A DNA stretch of 54,619 nt from a virus (Duplodnaviria > Caudoviricetes), in IMG/VR virus record IMGVR_UViG_3300031660_001429, positions 1 through 54,619 of that record. One strand, 5' to 3'. The stretch's first letter is position 1; each line of letters opens with the position of its first letter. Made by a program: the position numbers and the translations under genes. The notes beneath the pieces were generated by a model that was not told the origin of the DNA, did not search any database, and was given only the letters and a program-made list of their open reading frames with translations. Positions 36,120-50,400 of the stretch are shown here, one piece after another.

Positions 36120-38110
36120 CCGGCGGTCACGTCAGGTTTGGCTGCGTAAATGCCTACATACGCATCTGGTTCATCAAGAGCAGCAGCATTCAACTGGTAG
36201 CGAGAACGAATCGCGTACTGATCCAGCTCGTGCTCACGACCGAAGAGTGCCAGCAGGTCCTCCTCGCGGCCGATTTCATACACGAACTGATGCTCCTGCT
36301 TCGGCTTCTGGTTATCGCCCAAGACCAGTCGAATCTTCTGCCAGTCCTCAAAGAAGTACTCTTCCAGCAGCGGAATGATCTTGTTCCGGAACACGGTCTT
36401 CAGTTCGCTGAAGCGATCTTCATCTTTCAGGTCTTTGATGCGCGTGAAGTAGGCATGGCCCACTGTGTGGTCGCGGTCGTACAGTGCCTCGATCCGCTTG
36501 TTGAGCATTATCAGCAACTGCTCGATGTCGATGCCCACGCCGTTGTGGGAGACGATGGTGCCCGCCAGAACCGAGGGCTTAGGCATTGATTCAATGAACT
36601 CGAAACGGCGGCGAAGCGCAGTGTCGACCAATGCCAACGATCGGTCTGCAGTGTTCATCGTCCCGATCACATCGACGTTCGAAGGCACGCTGAAACTTTC
36701 TGCGGAGTACGGCAGCATCACGGAAACGGGATACATCGCGCCCTCGCGTTTGTCCACTTCCACGAGTGTTATGAGCTCGCCGAAGATCTTGCTGATGTTC
36801 CCGCGATTGATCTCGTCGATCACCATCGCGTACTGTCGCGATGGGTTCTTCCGTGCCCGGTCACAAAGTCTCAAGAAGGCGCCGGGTTTGATCTCGTAGC
36901 GCACCTCGCCATTCGACGCAGCTGCTGTCTCATTGTCCGCCGCGCGCTTCTTGCCTCGCTTGGTGATCACGGGGCGCAGGCCCTCGACAAACTCCTCGTA
37001 CCCGTAGGACTGATGGAAGGTGACGAACTCGTAGCGCTCGCCATACTCAGCGTCGGTGTAGTCCTTCTTGAGCAATGCCTGCAAATCGAATGTCTTGCCG
37101 GTTCCAGGCGGGCCATAGTAGATGACGTTCTTTGGCGGCTTATCGCTTTTGGGCTCGTCTTCAATATCGTAGTCATCGGGCCAGTAGCCGTTGCGCCCAG
37201 CACGCGGTCCGAGCTTGGCTGGCCAACTGCCTTCATCTTTGTCAGCAGCCTCGAAGAGCTGAACCAGCTCGCTGGTGAGATCGGTGGACTCCAGATCATC
37301 CAGCCCGGCAAAAGCAGACCAACTGACCCGGATTCCATCCTTGCGTAAGAACAGCCATCCGACGGGGCCACCTTTGACCGCCCCCTTTTCCTTGCGTCCG
37401 AAGCGCAGCTGACTGTTTGTGGCACGGGTGAACCACCAGTCCAACCCCATTTCGTTTACTGCACGTGCCAGGCGACCGAATAGCTCTGTCGTCGTGGCGG
37501 TCCACAATGGTTGGCGTTCGACGAAGTCTTCATGCCCTTGGAAGTGGTGCAACAAGGTTTCCTGGTCTTGCCCTGCGGATAGGCCCAACTGGTCGGCAAC
37601 TTCGTCGTAGGTCAGTTTGAATTTCTGGATCGATTCGACGCTCCAATCGACCAGTGCGGTGAAGTCCAGTGCGAGCCCCTCGTCAGCTGACTTGATGGCG
37701 ACGATGGGGGAGGAAGTAAGTGGCCCGCGAATCTGTTCGTACTTTTTCCGCAATGCCGGATCGTCGACCTTGATATCTACCAGGTCGATCTTGACCACAA
37801 AACCAAGGTCGGCGTCGATTCCAACCGTATAGGCCAGCCCCTCGGGCGCATTGTTCGAAGGGTAAATTCGCCCCCAGTTGTATGGGATGAACTTTTTTTG
37901 CCACTGATCTGTCGGCTTGCGAACAGTCTTGGTCCATCCGTCCTTGAACAGTTGCTGTTGCAGCGCCTCAGCCCAGTGCTTGGTGATGTCGTATGCCTGT
38001 CCCAGCGCCTCATAGACGCGCTGCTGCTCAGGATTAGTCTTGTCATAGACCGTTCCCTTCCACTTGTTCAGCAGCTTGAAATGGTCGTTGTTGAAATAGT
38101 TCTGTGCCAT
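36116..38110 (-). CDS. mcrB: McrB family AAA+ GTPase
   Basis: GPPGTGKT, TFHQSYGYEEFVEG, IDEINRGN, MNTADRS, IIPLLEEYF. Confidence 0.92.
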   Translation of the reverse strand: MAQNYFNNDHFKLLNKWKGTVYDKTNPEQQRVYEALGQAYDITKHWAEALQQQLFKDGWTKTVRKPTDQWQKKFIPYNWGRIYPSNNAPEGLAYTVGIDADLGFVVKIDLVDIKVDDPALRKKYEQIRGPLTSSPIVAIKSADEGLALDFTALVDWSVESIQKFKLTYDEVADQLGLSAGQDQETLLHHFQGHEDFVERQPLWTATTTELFGRLARAVNEMGLDWWFTRATNSQLRFGRKEKGAVKGGPVGWLFLRKDGIRVSWSAFAGLDDLESTDLTSELVQLFEAADKDEGSWPAKLGPRAGRNGYWPDDYDIEDEPKSDKPPKNVIYYGPPGTGKTFDLQALLKKDYTDAEYGERYEFVTFHQSYGYEEFVEGLRPVITKRGKKRAADNETAAASNGEVRYEIKPGAFLRLCDRARKNPSRQYAMVIDEINRGNISKIFGELITLVEVDKREGAMYPVSVMLPYSAESFSVPSNVDVIGTMNTADRSLALVDTALRRRFEFIESMPKPSVLAGTIVSHNGVGIDIEQLLIMLNKRIEALYDRDHTVGHAYFTRIKDLKDEDRFSELKTVFRNKIIPLLEEYFFEDWQKIRLVLGDNQKPKQEHQFVYEIGREEDLLALFGREHELDQYAIRSRYQLNAAALDEPDAYVGIYAAKPDVTAG

Positions 38111-38114
38111 CGTC

Positions 38115-38810
38115 TCAAATCCCTTCTACGTCCATACCGTGCTCTGCCAGCCAAATCTTTCGTCGCTCGAAATCAGGCAGTGCCCGTTCGACCCGCTGCC
38201 AGAACTCTGGCGTGTGATGTCGTTGGTGCAGATGTGCCAGCTCATGTACAACCACGTACTCGGCGATGCGCGGCGGCAACAGGATGGTCTTCCAGTGAAA
38301 GTACAGCCAGTCGCCTTTGCCGCATGACCCCCAGCGGTAACCCAGATCCTGCACCTTCACGCCAACGGGCCGGACCTCCATGCGTGCCACATAGTCCTGC
38401 ATCTTGTCCCACAGCCAAAGCTTGGCCCGGCCGCTGTACCACTGGACCAAATGGGTCCGGGCGTTTTCGACTAGATCGCGGCGCAACATGAATCGGCCAT
38501 TCAGCAGTTTCAAAGCCACATCCTGTTCATCCACCAGTCGCAATCGGTAGCTTCGCCCCAGGTATAGAAAACCCTCGCCATCGACGTAGCTCTTGGTCGG
38601 TACCGCCTTTTGCAGCCGATCTTTCTCTGCCAGCTTGGTGTAGATCCAGAAGCGCTTTTCCAGGATGAAATCCCGCAGACGATCCTCTTCAACACCGGGT
38701 GGTGCCGACAGCACCAAATCGCCACTGCGATCGACAGTGATCTGCAGCGTTCTGCGCCGACTGCTGGGCTTCAGCTCGAAGGAGAGATCGTCGACGGTCA
38801 GCACACTCAT
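38115..38810 (-). CDS. M48/SprT-like (YgjP/DUF45) zinc metallohydrolase
   Basis: RWGSC, YVVVHELAH....H...FW. Confidence 0.9.
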   Translation of the reverse strand: MSVLTVDDLSFELKPSSRRRTLQITVDRSGDLVLSAPPGVEEDRLRDFILEKRFWIYTKLAEKDRLQKAVPTKSYVDGEGFLYLGRSYRLRLVDEQDVALKLLNGRFMLRRDLVENARTHLVQWYSGRAKLWLWDKMQDYVARMEVRPVGVKVQDLGYRWGSCGKGDWLYFHWKTILLPPRIAEYVVVHELAHLHQRHHTPEFWQRVERALPDFERRKIWLAEHGMDVEGI

Positions 38811-41800
38811 GCCTTGATTAACCTCTCATGGTTGGCCCGGGCCAATTCCAGCAAGCGATCCTTCAGGGCGGAGACATCACCTGGCGCAACCAACCGCGAC
38901 GTGCGCAGCGTTTTGAAGATGCGCGCCCCCAAAGCGTCCTGTGCTGGCCGCTTGTGCGGCTCCCAGAAGGTGTCGGTCAATTCACCTGCAATCATGTCGA
39001 CCAGCTCTACGGTCAGATCACGAATCTTGAGCAGCTGTTCATCAGTCGGGTGCTCACTTCCCGCCACGGCCTCCAGCAGCATGCGCAGGAACGGCAAGTA
39101 ATGTTCTGGCATGTCGGAGGGAGTCAAATCGTCACTACTGGACCCTGTACGCATTTCGTCGATGATCTTTTGTAATGCGGTAATCAGGTCATCCCACTGA
39201 TCCGCCAACGTTTTGAGAATTTCACTTAACCGCTCACTGAGCTTGCGGAACAACACCGGGTCCTCATCCAGATGTTTGCGGATGTGAGAGCGAATGGCGT
39301 GCTCCATCTCCGACGCCTTGGCGCGGTCATTGGCCTGGCGCGATAGATGCGTGTCAAACTCCGCGTCGGTCAGTGCAATCGGTGGGATCTTTGGATCGAT
39401 GCCCAACGAAATCACGTGGTCATCAATCAGCTTGCGAACCTTGGCCCCGACATCCTTACCAAGCGCGGGGGTGTCCTTGTAGCGGTTGCGGGCCCGTGCG
39501 TAGATGTACGAAAGAGTCTTGGCGTCCTTGGAGAAAGGCAAGCCTTCCGGGCGCGGCAGCACCATGTCCAGCGACCCCAGGAACTGCTTGAGCTTGACGG
39601 TGAACTCCGCGCGCAGCCGTTCGTCCGCCAACACCTCGACGCAGGTTTCGACATCGTCCAAAGATTCAATGTCACGGCTGCGGAATAGGTCCACCACACG
39701 CATGTGCCGATCGCGTAACGCCGGTACTTCGTCTTTCAGACTTTGCAATGCACCTTGGATGTCCTCGTCAGCGTAAGCTGCCAAGGCTTCCTTCAGATGT
39801 TGAGCGACACCGTAGTAGTCCACCACGATGCCACAACGTTTGCCGAAGCCTGTTCGGTTCACGCGGGCAATGGCCTGGAGCAACTCTGCCTCGCGGATCG
39901 GCCGATCGAGATACATCACGCCTTCGATTGGCGCATCGAAGCCGGTCAACAGCATCGACTTAACGACTAGGAAAGCCAGCGGGTCGGTCTTTTCCGGTTT
40001 GGTATGGAACAGCGGTTTCTTGAAGCGCTTGATTCGTGTCTCATTGGCCGCCGCGTCGGTCCACAGCTTCCACGCCGGATCGTCGTTGTTGCCACCGGAG
40101 ATCACTGCCGCGAACTCGATCTTCTTCAGCGTGTCGCGATAGCGCCAGGCCTGCACAATGGCTTGCACTTGGGGAGGACGCTGACACAGCGTTTCGTCGT
40201 CCAGCGCCTTGTCTTCGGGTGGAAGCGCTTCGGCCTCGGCCAGCAATTCGGCCCTGGCCGTTTCAAACGCGGCCACGTAGCGCACAGCGGCCAAACGGCT
40301 GTAAGCCACCACCTGCGCTTTGAAGCCATTGGGCAGAATGTTGGTCACGTAGTGGCGCAGCATGTCGCGCGCCTTGTCCGCAATCAGCAGCGGGGCGTCG
40401 AAGATCTGGCCCTTGGTGGCGTACTTCTGCTTGATCGCCTCCAGTTCTTCCGCGCTGCGCTCGCGGAACAAGTCCTCGAACAACTCATCCAAACTGGCCC
40501 CGTCTTTGACTGCACCCTGTGCGGTGCGCCCCTCGTACAGCACGGGCACCGTCGCACCGTCTTCCTCGGCCTCTTTGATCGTGTAACGGTCGATGAATTC
40601 GCCAAAGATCTCGTGGGTGCGTTTTTTGTCACCCATGATGATCGGGGTGCCGGTGAAGCCGATACGTGCGCAGTTGGGTAGCCCCGCCAGCAGATTGGCA
40701 TGCAGATCACCCGCCTGAGTGCGGTGCGCCTCATCTACGAGCACGAGGATGGTCTCGTCCTCGTTCAAAACTTCAAACGTCTTTGTCGAAGGCTTTGCTA
40801 CATAGGCCGCCGCCGCTGGCTCCTTCACCCCCATCTGTCCGTCGTGCCAGCCTTCTGGAATGTCATCCTCGGTCAAGCCCGGCTCACCGGCGGCATCTGG
40901 ATCGCGGTACTTCTGGATGGTGGCAAAGAGCAGCCCCGGCCCTTTGCGGCGCACCAGCTTCTGCACGGCCACTGTGGACGTGGCCACCTCAACCACTTCG
41001 CCGGTCAGCGTTGCCGTGGCGCTGAGCTGGTCCTGCAGGTCTTTGCGGTCTGTAACCACCACCACTTTGAAACGGCGCAGAGTGGCATTCGTTCGCAGCT
41101 TGCGCACCAGGAACACCATGGTTAGCGATTTGCCAGAGCCCTGGGTGTGCCAGATCACGCCACCGCGCCGGTCATACTCGCCATCCTGCAGACGCGTCTT
41201 GCCGCTCTGCAGGCGTTCGATCGCCTTGTTCACAGCACGGAACTGCTGATAACGACAAGCCACCTTGATGGTCTGACCACCTGCCTGCATGAACAGGGTG
41301 AAGTGGCGCACGATGTCCAGCAAGTTGGCGCGGGTGAGCATGCCCGCTACCAAGCGTTGCTGCTCTGAAAGCTGCTCAACGCCAAGGCTGGCCGCAACGT
41401 CTGCCTCCCGCGCCGGTGCCACCGTCTTCCAGCTTGCAAAGTGCTCGAACAAGCCGCCGATGGTGCCCACGCGCGCCTCGTCAAAGCTGGTCGCGATCAA
41501 CAGCTGATTGGTGAAGAAGAGCGGCTCGTTGCCCTCAAAGTCTTCCACCTCGTAGTTGGCGTGCCGCTGGTTGCTGTAGCGGCGCAACTGGTCAATCGCC
41601 TCGGCCAGCGGTTCCGGGACGGAGGGGCTCTTGCATTCCACCACCACCAGCGGAATGCCGTTCACCAGCAATACCAGGTCCGGCACGATGAAGGCCTTAC
41701 CGCTGTTGTAGCCAGGTGGGCAATCCACGCGGTACTGGTTAACGACCGTAAAACTGTTGTTCTCGGGCGTGTCCCAGTCGATGAAGCGGATGGTCTGGCC

Positions 41801-42145
41801 ACGTCCGCCATCCCAGCCGGGCAGGCCATCAACGGTGATGCCGAGCAACAGCAATTCTGTCGCCGCCTGGTTGGCCTCGATTAGTTTGGGCCGCGCAATG
41901 CGCGTGATCGCGGCAACGGCCTCAGACAGGCGTTCATCATCCAGCCAAGGCACGAGAGCACCATCGACTTCGCGCAAGTTGATTTCGGCCAGCTTCTTGC
42001 GCAGCACGCCTTCCTGGATGACTTCCGTGAAGCTGCTACGCCCGGTGACCACGGGGTCGTCAATGCTGCCCTCGATATGCGTCCAGCCCAGACCTTCCAG
42101 TTGTGTGACGAACGGCTTTTCTACGTCCTCAAGTTCCCATCCCAT
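38807..42145 (-). CDS. hsdR: Type I restriction endonuclease subunit R
   Basis: PDLVLLVNGIPLVVVECK, HTQGSGKS, DEAH, LLTGFDAP, QAIARVNR. Confidence 0.95.
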   Translation of the reverse strand: MGWELEDVEKPFVTQLEGLGWTHIEGSIDDPVVTGRSSFTEVIQEGVLRKKLAEINLREVDGALVPWLDDERLSEAVAAITRIARPKLIEANQAATELLLLGITVDGLPGWDGGRGQTIRFIDWDTPENNSFTVVNQYRVDCPPGYNSGKAFIVPDLVLLVNGIPLVVVECKSPSVPEPLAEAIDQLRRYSNQRHANYEVEDFEGNEPLFFTNQLLIATSFDEARVGTIGGLFEHFASWKTVAPAREADVAASLGVEQLSEQQRLVAGMLTRANLLDIVRHFTLFMQAGGQTIKVACRYQQFRAVNKAIERLQSGKTRLQDGEYDRRGGVIWHTQGSGKSLTMVFLVRKLRTNATLRRFKVVVVTDRKDLQDQLSATATLTGEVVEVATSTVAVQKLVRRKGPGLLFATIQKYRDPDAAGEPGLTEDDIPEGWHDGQMGVKEPAAAAYVAKPSTKTFEVLNEDETILVLVDEAHRTQAGDLHANLLAGLPNCARIGFTGTPIIMGDKKRTHEIFGEFIDRYTIKEAEEDGATVPVLYEGRTAQGAVKDGASLDELFEDLFRERSAEELEAIKQKYATKGQIFDAPLLIADKARDMLRHYVTNILPNGFKAQVVAYSRLAAVRYVAAFETARAELLAEAEALPPEDKALDDETLCQRPPQVQAIVQAWRYRDTLKKIEFAAVISGGNNDDPAWKLWTDAAANETRIKRFKKPLFHTKPEKTDPLAFLVVKSMLLTGFDAPIEGVMYLDRPIREAELLQAIARVNRTGFGKRCGIVVDYYGVAQHLKEALAAYADEDIQGALQSLKDEVPALRDRHMRVVDLFRSRDIESLDDVETCVEVLADERLRAEFTVKLKQFLGSLDMVLPRPEGLPFSKDAKTLSYIYARARNRYKDTPALGKDVGAKVRKLIDDHVISLGIDPKIPPIALTDAEFDTHLSRQANDRAKASEMEHAIRSHIRKHLDEDPVLFRKLSERLSEILKTLADQWDDLITALQKIIDEMRTGSSSDDLTPSDMPEHYLPFLRMLLEAVAGSEHPTDEQLLKIRDLTVELVDMIAGELTDTFWEPHKRPAQDALGARIFKTLRTSRLVAPGDVSALKDRLLELARANHERLIKA

Positions 42146-42160
42146 ATTCCGGCCCTTTTC

Positions 42161-43502
42161 TTATTGCGCCAGCAACGGCGTGACCCGGACGCGGCCGGTG
42201 AGAAGGTCGTCCATGAGGCCAATCTTCTGTTGCCTGAGCTTCGCAAGATCAGCCAATTCTTGATTCATACGCAGGGTCGCAGCCTTCAGTCGGAGAGTAA
42301 TTTCGTTTTGCTCATCTACTATCGGCCGCGCAATGGTCAGTTCCGCAAGGATTGCCGTGTTCAGATTCGCCATTGTTGAGCCGACTGCACGCCCAAGAAC
42401 TTGCGACTGGACGCCGGGTTGCTGATAAACCAGAGCTAACCAAAAGGCATTGATCTCTTTCTTGGGGAGGCGCGCAAGAAGACACCCAGTTCCACACAAC
42501 CAGCCGGTGTGCTCATCTTCAATTGCGACACACCTCGACAAATCACCTCGACGAGAAAAAACGATGTCATTTGGAATTAGGCGGTGACGTGAGAGCGCAA
42601 CTGCTTTGCGTGTTGTGATTCGTGCGATATGTTGGACGGAAAGACGCCCATCGATCATGTCTTGAGGCATGACAACGGGAACGCCATCGGCAACATACTC
42701 ATGAGCGTGGAGTTGAGAGCCAAACGGACCCGTCTGCAAGATACCCGAGGATCTTGACGCGATCTGTCCCAGCGTCACGATCTCCCAATCCTTTGGCACC
42801 CACCCCAGCGGCGAGTCTTGATAAAGCTCTGGTGCCTGCTCGTAGCTGGGCCGCAATTCGCCATTGGCATCCACACCCCGGGTCAGCAGGTCATGCAACA
42901 AGCCCTGCTTGACCTGCTTCAGCTTGTCGACGATGGCCTCGGTTTGACGGATGGCTGTGTCGAGAGTGTCCAGCAACTCAGCGATCTTCAGCTTCTCCTC
43001 GGGCGAGGGGCTGGGCAACTTGATGGAGCCAAACTCCGCGCCTGAGATTTCCAAGAAGGTGGTACCGGACGCGCGACGCACCAGCTCAGGCTTCACCTTC
43101 TCAAAGAGGTGGTAGTAGTAGCTGGCTTCCTCTGGCTTCTTGAAGACGATCGACTTGAAACCCTGATTTGTCGCCATTGGCACTGCATTGATCGCACGGG
43201 CACCCAGCGTTGCGCGTGTCGTCACCAGAAGCGAGCCTGCAGGCAGCAGATTTGCGCCACTCCCGGCCAAGCCTGAAAGGCTGATGTGCTCCTGCGTATC
43301 GTGAAGCAGCTTGCTGGCCTCGCCGCTGACTTCGCCAGGCGTGACCCAGGGAATTGGGCCTCGCCAGAACGATGGCACCTCGCGCGACGGCGTACCTCCC
43401 CCAACGACAGCACCAAGCTGCGTGATTTCTTGGTGATCCCAATCGGCTGGCAGTTGACGTAGAAATGCCTCGTACTGATGACGCGGAGCGTGGTTTACAG
43501 GC

Positions 43503-43510
<8 letters not shown>
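42161..43510 (-). CDS. hsdS: Type I restriction-modification specificity subunit S
   Basis: Two TRDs with conserved spacers ([12 protein letters not shown]; [15 protein letters not shown]). Confidence 0.93.
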
Positions 43511-46244
<2,734 letters not shown>

Positions 46245-46290
46245 GTAGGAAATCCAGTCAAATTTGGTTGTTCTGTCGTGGCGTGGCGCA

Positions 46291-47205
46291 TCAGTCGGCC
46301 TTGCCCATGATGTTTTGTGAGTCAGGCGATCGGTAACCCGGGGCCAGCACTGCGTTCTTTACGCCGTAAAGCGCCAGGTGATCTTTCAGCCAGAGTCGGT
46401 ATTCGTGGCCCCGCAGGCTGTGGTCTGGCGAGCAGTCGACGCTCCACTGACGCAGGATGTACCCAGCTGTGGCTGCGCGAAGTTTCATGGTCAGCACACC
46501 ACGATCCATGGCGTAGTCCATCTCAGTGATCTCTGGACGTGGCTGGTCCGGGTGCGGCACCAGCTCAATTTCTACGATCCGCGTCCACTGGATGTCTTGG
46601 TTACTCATCTCATGAGCTGCAACTGGCTGCCCCTTGAGCACGACAGGGTTCTTGATCCGGGTGATGACGAAATCCCGGAACTCTTGGGACTTCCTGTCGA
46701 AGGCGCGGACATGCCAGCGCAGGCCGTTGTCGATCAATGCGAAGGGAACAATCTCTCGTTCGGACTTGCCACTTGAGATCGAGTAATAGTCGACAGCGAG
46801 AGCGCATTCCTGGTGGATGGCTCGAGTCACACTTGCCAACACATCCAGATCCGGGTGCGTAAGCCGCGACGGACTCTCGCTAGCCACCCACACCTTGAGT
46901 CGCATCGGTTCGCCGTCACCAAATCCTTGAGTCAGCCACGACATCACCCGCTCCGGGGGGTAGTCGAACACGGGCCGGAAGTCCGACCCCAGGACGTAGG
47001 CCTTGCCTTTGGGGTCATAGTCGATGTTGCCGGGAGCGATCTCTTTATACAGAGCCAAGTCCCGGGTGGCTGCGGCCGATTGGATGCCAAACCGCGACAC
47101 CAAGTCCTGACGGCGGATCTCCCCGATGAAGCGCACGCGCAACTCCACAAACGCGAGACGGTCGCGTTGCGGCTGGGTCAAGTCGGCAAGTTGCTCTATC
47201 GACAT
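46291..47205 (-). CDS. WYL-domain transcriptional regulator (BrxR/CapW-like)
   Basis: N-terminal wHTH (LVSRFGI...ATRDLALY), RWHVRAF...FRDFV..RI. Confidence 0.9.
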   Translation of the reverse strand: MSIEQLADLTQPQRDRLAFVELRVRFIGEIRRQDLVSRFGIQSAAATRDLALYKEIAPGNIDYDPKGKAYVLGSDFRPVFDYPPERVMSWLTQGFGDGEPMRLKVWVASESPSRLTHPDLDVLASVTRAIHQECALAVDYYSISSGKSEREIVPFALIDNGLRWHVRAFDRKSQEFRDFVITRIKNPVVLKGQPVAAHEMSNQDIQWTRIVEIELVPHPDQPRPEITEMDYAMDRGVLTMKLRAATAGYILRQWSVDCSPDHSLRGHEYRLWLKDHLALYGVKNAVLAPGYRSPDSQNIMGKAD

Positions 47206-47255
47206 CTTGTCTGGCTCATTCGGATCAACAATGGTTTGTTAGCTCTATTGCGTAC

Positions 47256-47290
47256 AGTATATAAGCCGCTCTAAAATGTGTCCAACACAT
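47256..47290 (-). promoter_or_regulatory. Sigma70-type promoter for the WYL-RM operon with overlapping palindrome
   Basis: Minus strand TGGACA (47284-47279)-17 bp-TATACT (47261-47256); ATGTGT-CCA-ACACAT at 47276-47290. Confidence 0.6.
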
Positions 47291-47429
47291 CTCCAAAGCA
47301 TTTGTGTACTGCGCATGATGATTAGCATCAATGACCAGCGGAGATAGATAAGTGCCTTCAATTGCCGGGAGCTGGTGCAGCGACGATATGAAGTGAGCGA
47401 CCAGAATCAGGGATAAAACAGGAACAAGA

Positions 47430-50400
47430 ATGGATCAACGGACCCAACCTCGCAGAAGCGGCTCGTACACCGCGAACCTGCTTGGAAACATACGTAGCCA
47501 CTTGGCAGGGCTGCAGGGCTACGACGTCATGGCCCTCGAACTCATCCAGAATGCGGATGACGCCAAGGCGGAGTCCGTTGTCTTCGATATCACCGACCGG
47601 GGCCTTCTTGTTGTCAACAGTGGCAAGTTCACCTACTGCGGTGATCTACACACGCGGCCTTGCAGCTTTATCGCCAGCAACAACTACAGCTGCGACTACC
47701 ATCGGATCGCGGATGTAGGCAGCGGGGGGAAGCTTTCTCGTGGCGAGAACATCGGACGTTTCGGCATCGGCTTCGTCTCAACGTATCAGGTCACTGACCA
47801 CCCGGAGATCCGGTCCTCTGGGGTGAAGCTGACGCTTCACCCGGAAGAAGGACAGTGGTTCATCGAGCCATTCGAGCAACCCGAAGGCACCACGTTCTTC
47901 TTGCCTTGGGCGGACGACCCCAACACCGAGGCTCGACTTGCGCTAGGAGTGTCGCACGTCAGCGCCGCTCACATCGACCAGCTCGCTGACGATTTTCAGA
48001 GAGTCCTTCGCAAGAGCTTGTTGTTCCTCCGGCATGTCCGGACGGCGGAAGTGAGGCGAAACGGCGAACTGCTGTTGGCCTGTGACCTGGATCGTGGTGA
48101 TGGGTCTGACCTGATCGTCAGCTTCCGCCCGAGTGGCGAGGTCGAGCAATGGCACATCTTGCGGGCCGATGTTGCGGAGGCTGCTGCGCGTCTGTACGCC
48201 TCGCATCCCCGCCTTGAGTCGCTCGGTCGCGGCACCAAGATCAGCATCGGGCTCCGGATCGATCCGGAGCCTTTGGCGGAGGGAGTGCTTTACGCGTTCT
48301 TGCCCACCGAGCAGGCGACCGGATTGCCGATGCACATCAATGCCGACTTCTTTCCCGAGTCCGATCGTAAGGCGGTCATCTTTGCCGGGCACCAACATGA
48401 GCAGGCCTGGAACGAGATGCTCATCGATGCCGCCGCTGCCGAACTCGCCAGAGACCCTGAGGGCCTTCGGAAGATGCTCGGAGATGTCCAACTCTGGCAG
48501 ATCCTGGCGCGGGCGTTTGAGCTGTCGAAGCCATCGAACCACCCGGCCTGCTTTAAGCGATTCTGGGAACGATTGAAGGTCACTGGAGCCCAGGCACAAA
48601 TTACCTTGACCCAGGACGGCACCGTTCAACGTCCCAGCGGAGTCTTCCTGCCGCGAGGCCCATTGACAAGCCATCAGGCAAAGACGTTGCTGGAGATCGG
48701 TGGAAGGTTGGTCGCCGAAGATCTGCGGCCATTCCAGACCGCGATAAACCAGTTGGGCGCGCCAATCCTCACGTTCGACCGTTTGGTGACCCTGCTTGAG
48801 CAAGCGATGGCGCAGCAGGTCCCCGGCGAGGTGCAAGTCGAAGCGGACAGGCTGGAGGCCTTCTACCGCCCGCTGTGGAGCATGGTCAACGATCTGCTGC
48901 CGGATGCCGCGAACCAGACGGCAGCCACGAATCCAAGCATTCAGAAATTGCTGGCCATCCCATTCGTCGTCACTGAAGATCTGTACGCGGTCACGATCAG
49001 CCAATCATTTGTGGCGCCGGCGGCGCTGGAGGCTGGACGCGTCGCTTCGTTGCTGCCAAGGCTGGCGATTGCAGCGCATCACATCCTTGGATTTCCAAAG
49101 CTTGCCCGCCTGATCCGGCAACTTGAGCTCGGCGCGGTCGTCAATCACATCAGTTCGATGTGTGCCAGCGAGCCTGTCGAAGATGTCATTGGCGTTGAGC
49201 AGACAGAGTTGCGCGACCTGTATGCCATGTTCGCGGACCTCGATCGTCAAGGCAACGTCGACAAGACGGTGTACCAGGCGCTTCGCAACCTGCCGATCTG
49301 GCTATCCAGTCGAGGTCTCATTAAGGCGACCCAGGCGCTCCTGCCCGGCAACTTCACTGATCCCACCGGACAGGCCGACCTTCTTGAAACGTCCGTCCTG
49401 ACCGATTACGCCAGAGAGTTCGTGTCGAGCAAGCTTGGTGTTCAGACGCAGACGATCGAGGCATTCGTACAAAATGTCCTGCCGAAGTTCTTCAACGACG
49501 ACGGGCCACTGGACGCGCAGAAGTACACCCGCCTCATCACTGAACTCGCCAGCCACCCGGCGCTCGTGAATGACGAGAACATTCGCCGACTGTTGGGAGC
49601 CCTGCCGATCGTGCCGACGCAGGACGGGAATTGGTCGCGCCCCACCAACACCTACAGGCGCACCGATGACTTGGTGAAGGTGCTTGGCGATGCGACGCAC
49701 TTATGGCTCGATGCCAGTCGGGTGCCCAACGCCCGGTCGGTCCACACTTTCATCGACAGCCTCGGAATACGCCGGTCACCGCTTGCGCAGCACCTGGTGG
49801 AGCGGATGCTCTTCATCGCAGAGAAGTACCTGCCGACGGAAGATGCAAAGCGCGCCAGCGGAGAAGCCTTCTATGTCCTGTGTGACCACTACGACGAGTG
49901 GAAGGAGAAGCCATTCTTCCCGGGTGCGATCAACAGCCTCCGTGGGGTGGCGTGCTTCCCGGCTGAAGGCGATACGGAGAACTGGCATTCTGGCGGCGAT
50001 CTATACGCACCATACCGTGCCGAGGCATTCAGGTCTCAGGCCAACATCCTCGATTTCAGAAACACCGCACGCCTGAAAACAGAGCTGCTGGAAGATCTGG
50101 ACGTCACCATCAATCCGGAAACGAGGCTGGTGATCGACCATTTGCAGTACTGCATGAAGACTGGCGCCCAGCCCCACGTTTCGACCTACCAGGTACTGAA
50201 CGAGCGCGTCCGTTCCGATCCTCTGATACCTACGTTGGCAGGCTCCAGATGCATCTATCTGAGTAGCCAGAAGGCATTCGTCAGGCCGAACCAGGTCTAC
50301 TGGACACCGCAGCAGCTCGGGCGCTACGCCTTCACCATTCAAGGTGACTATGAAGTGTTCAAGCCCTTGTTCTCCGCGCTTGGGGTGAAGAACGCACCCG

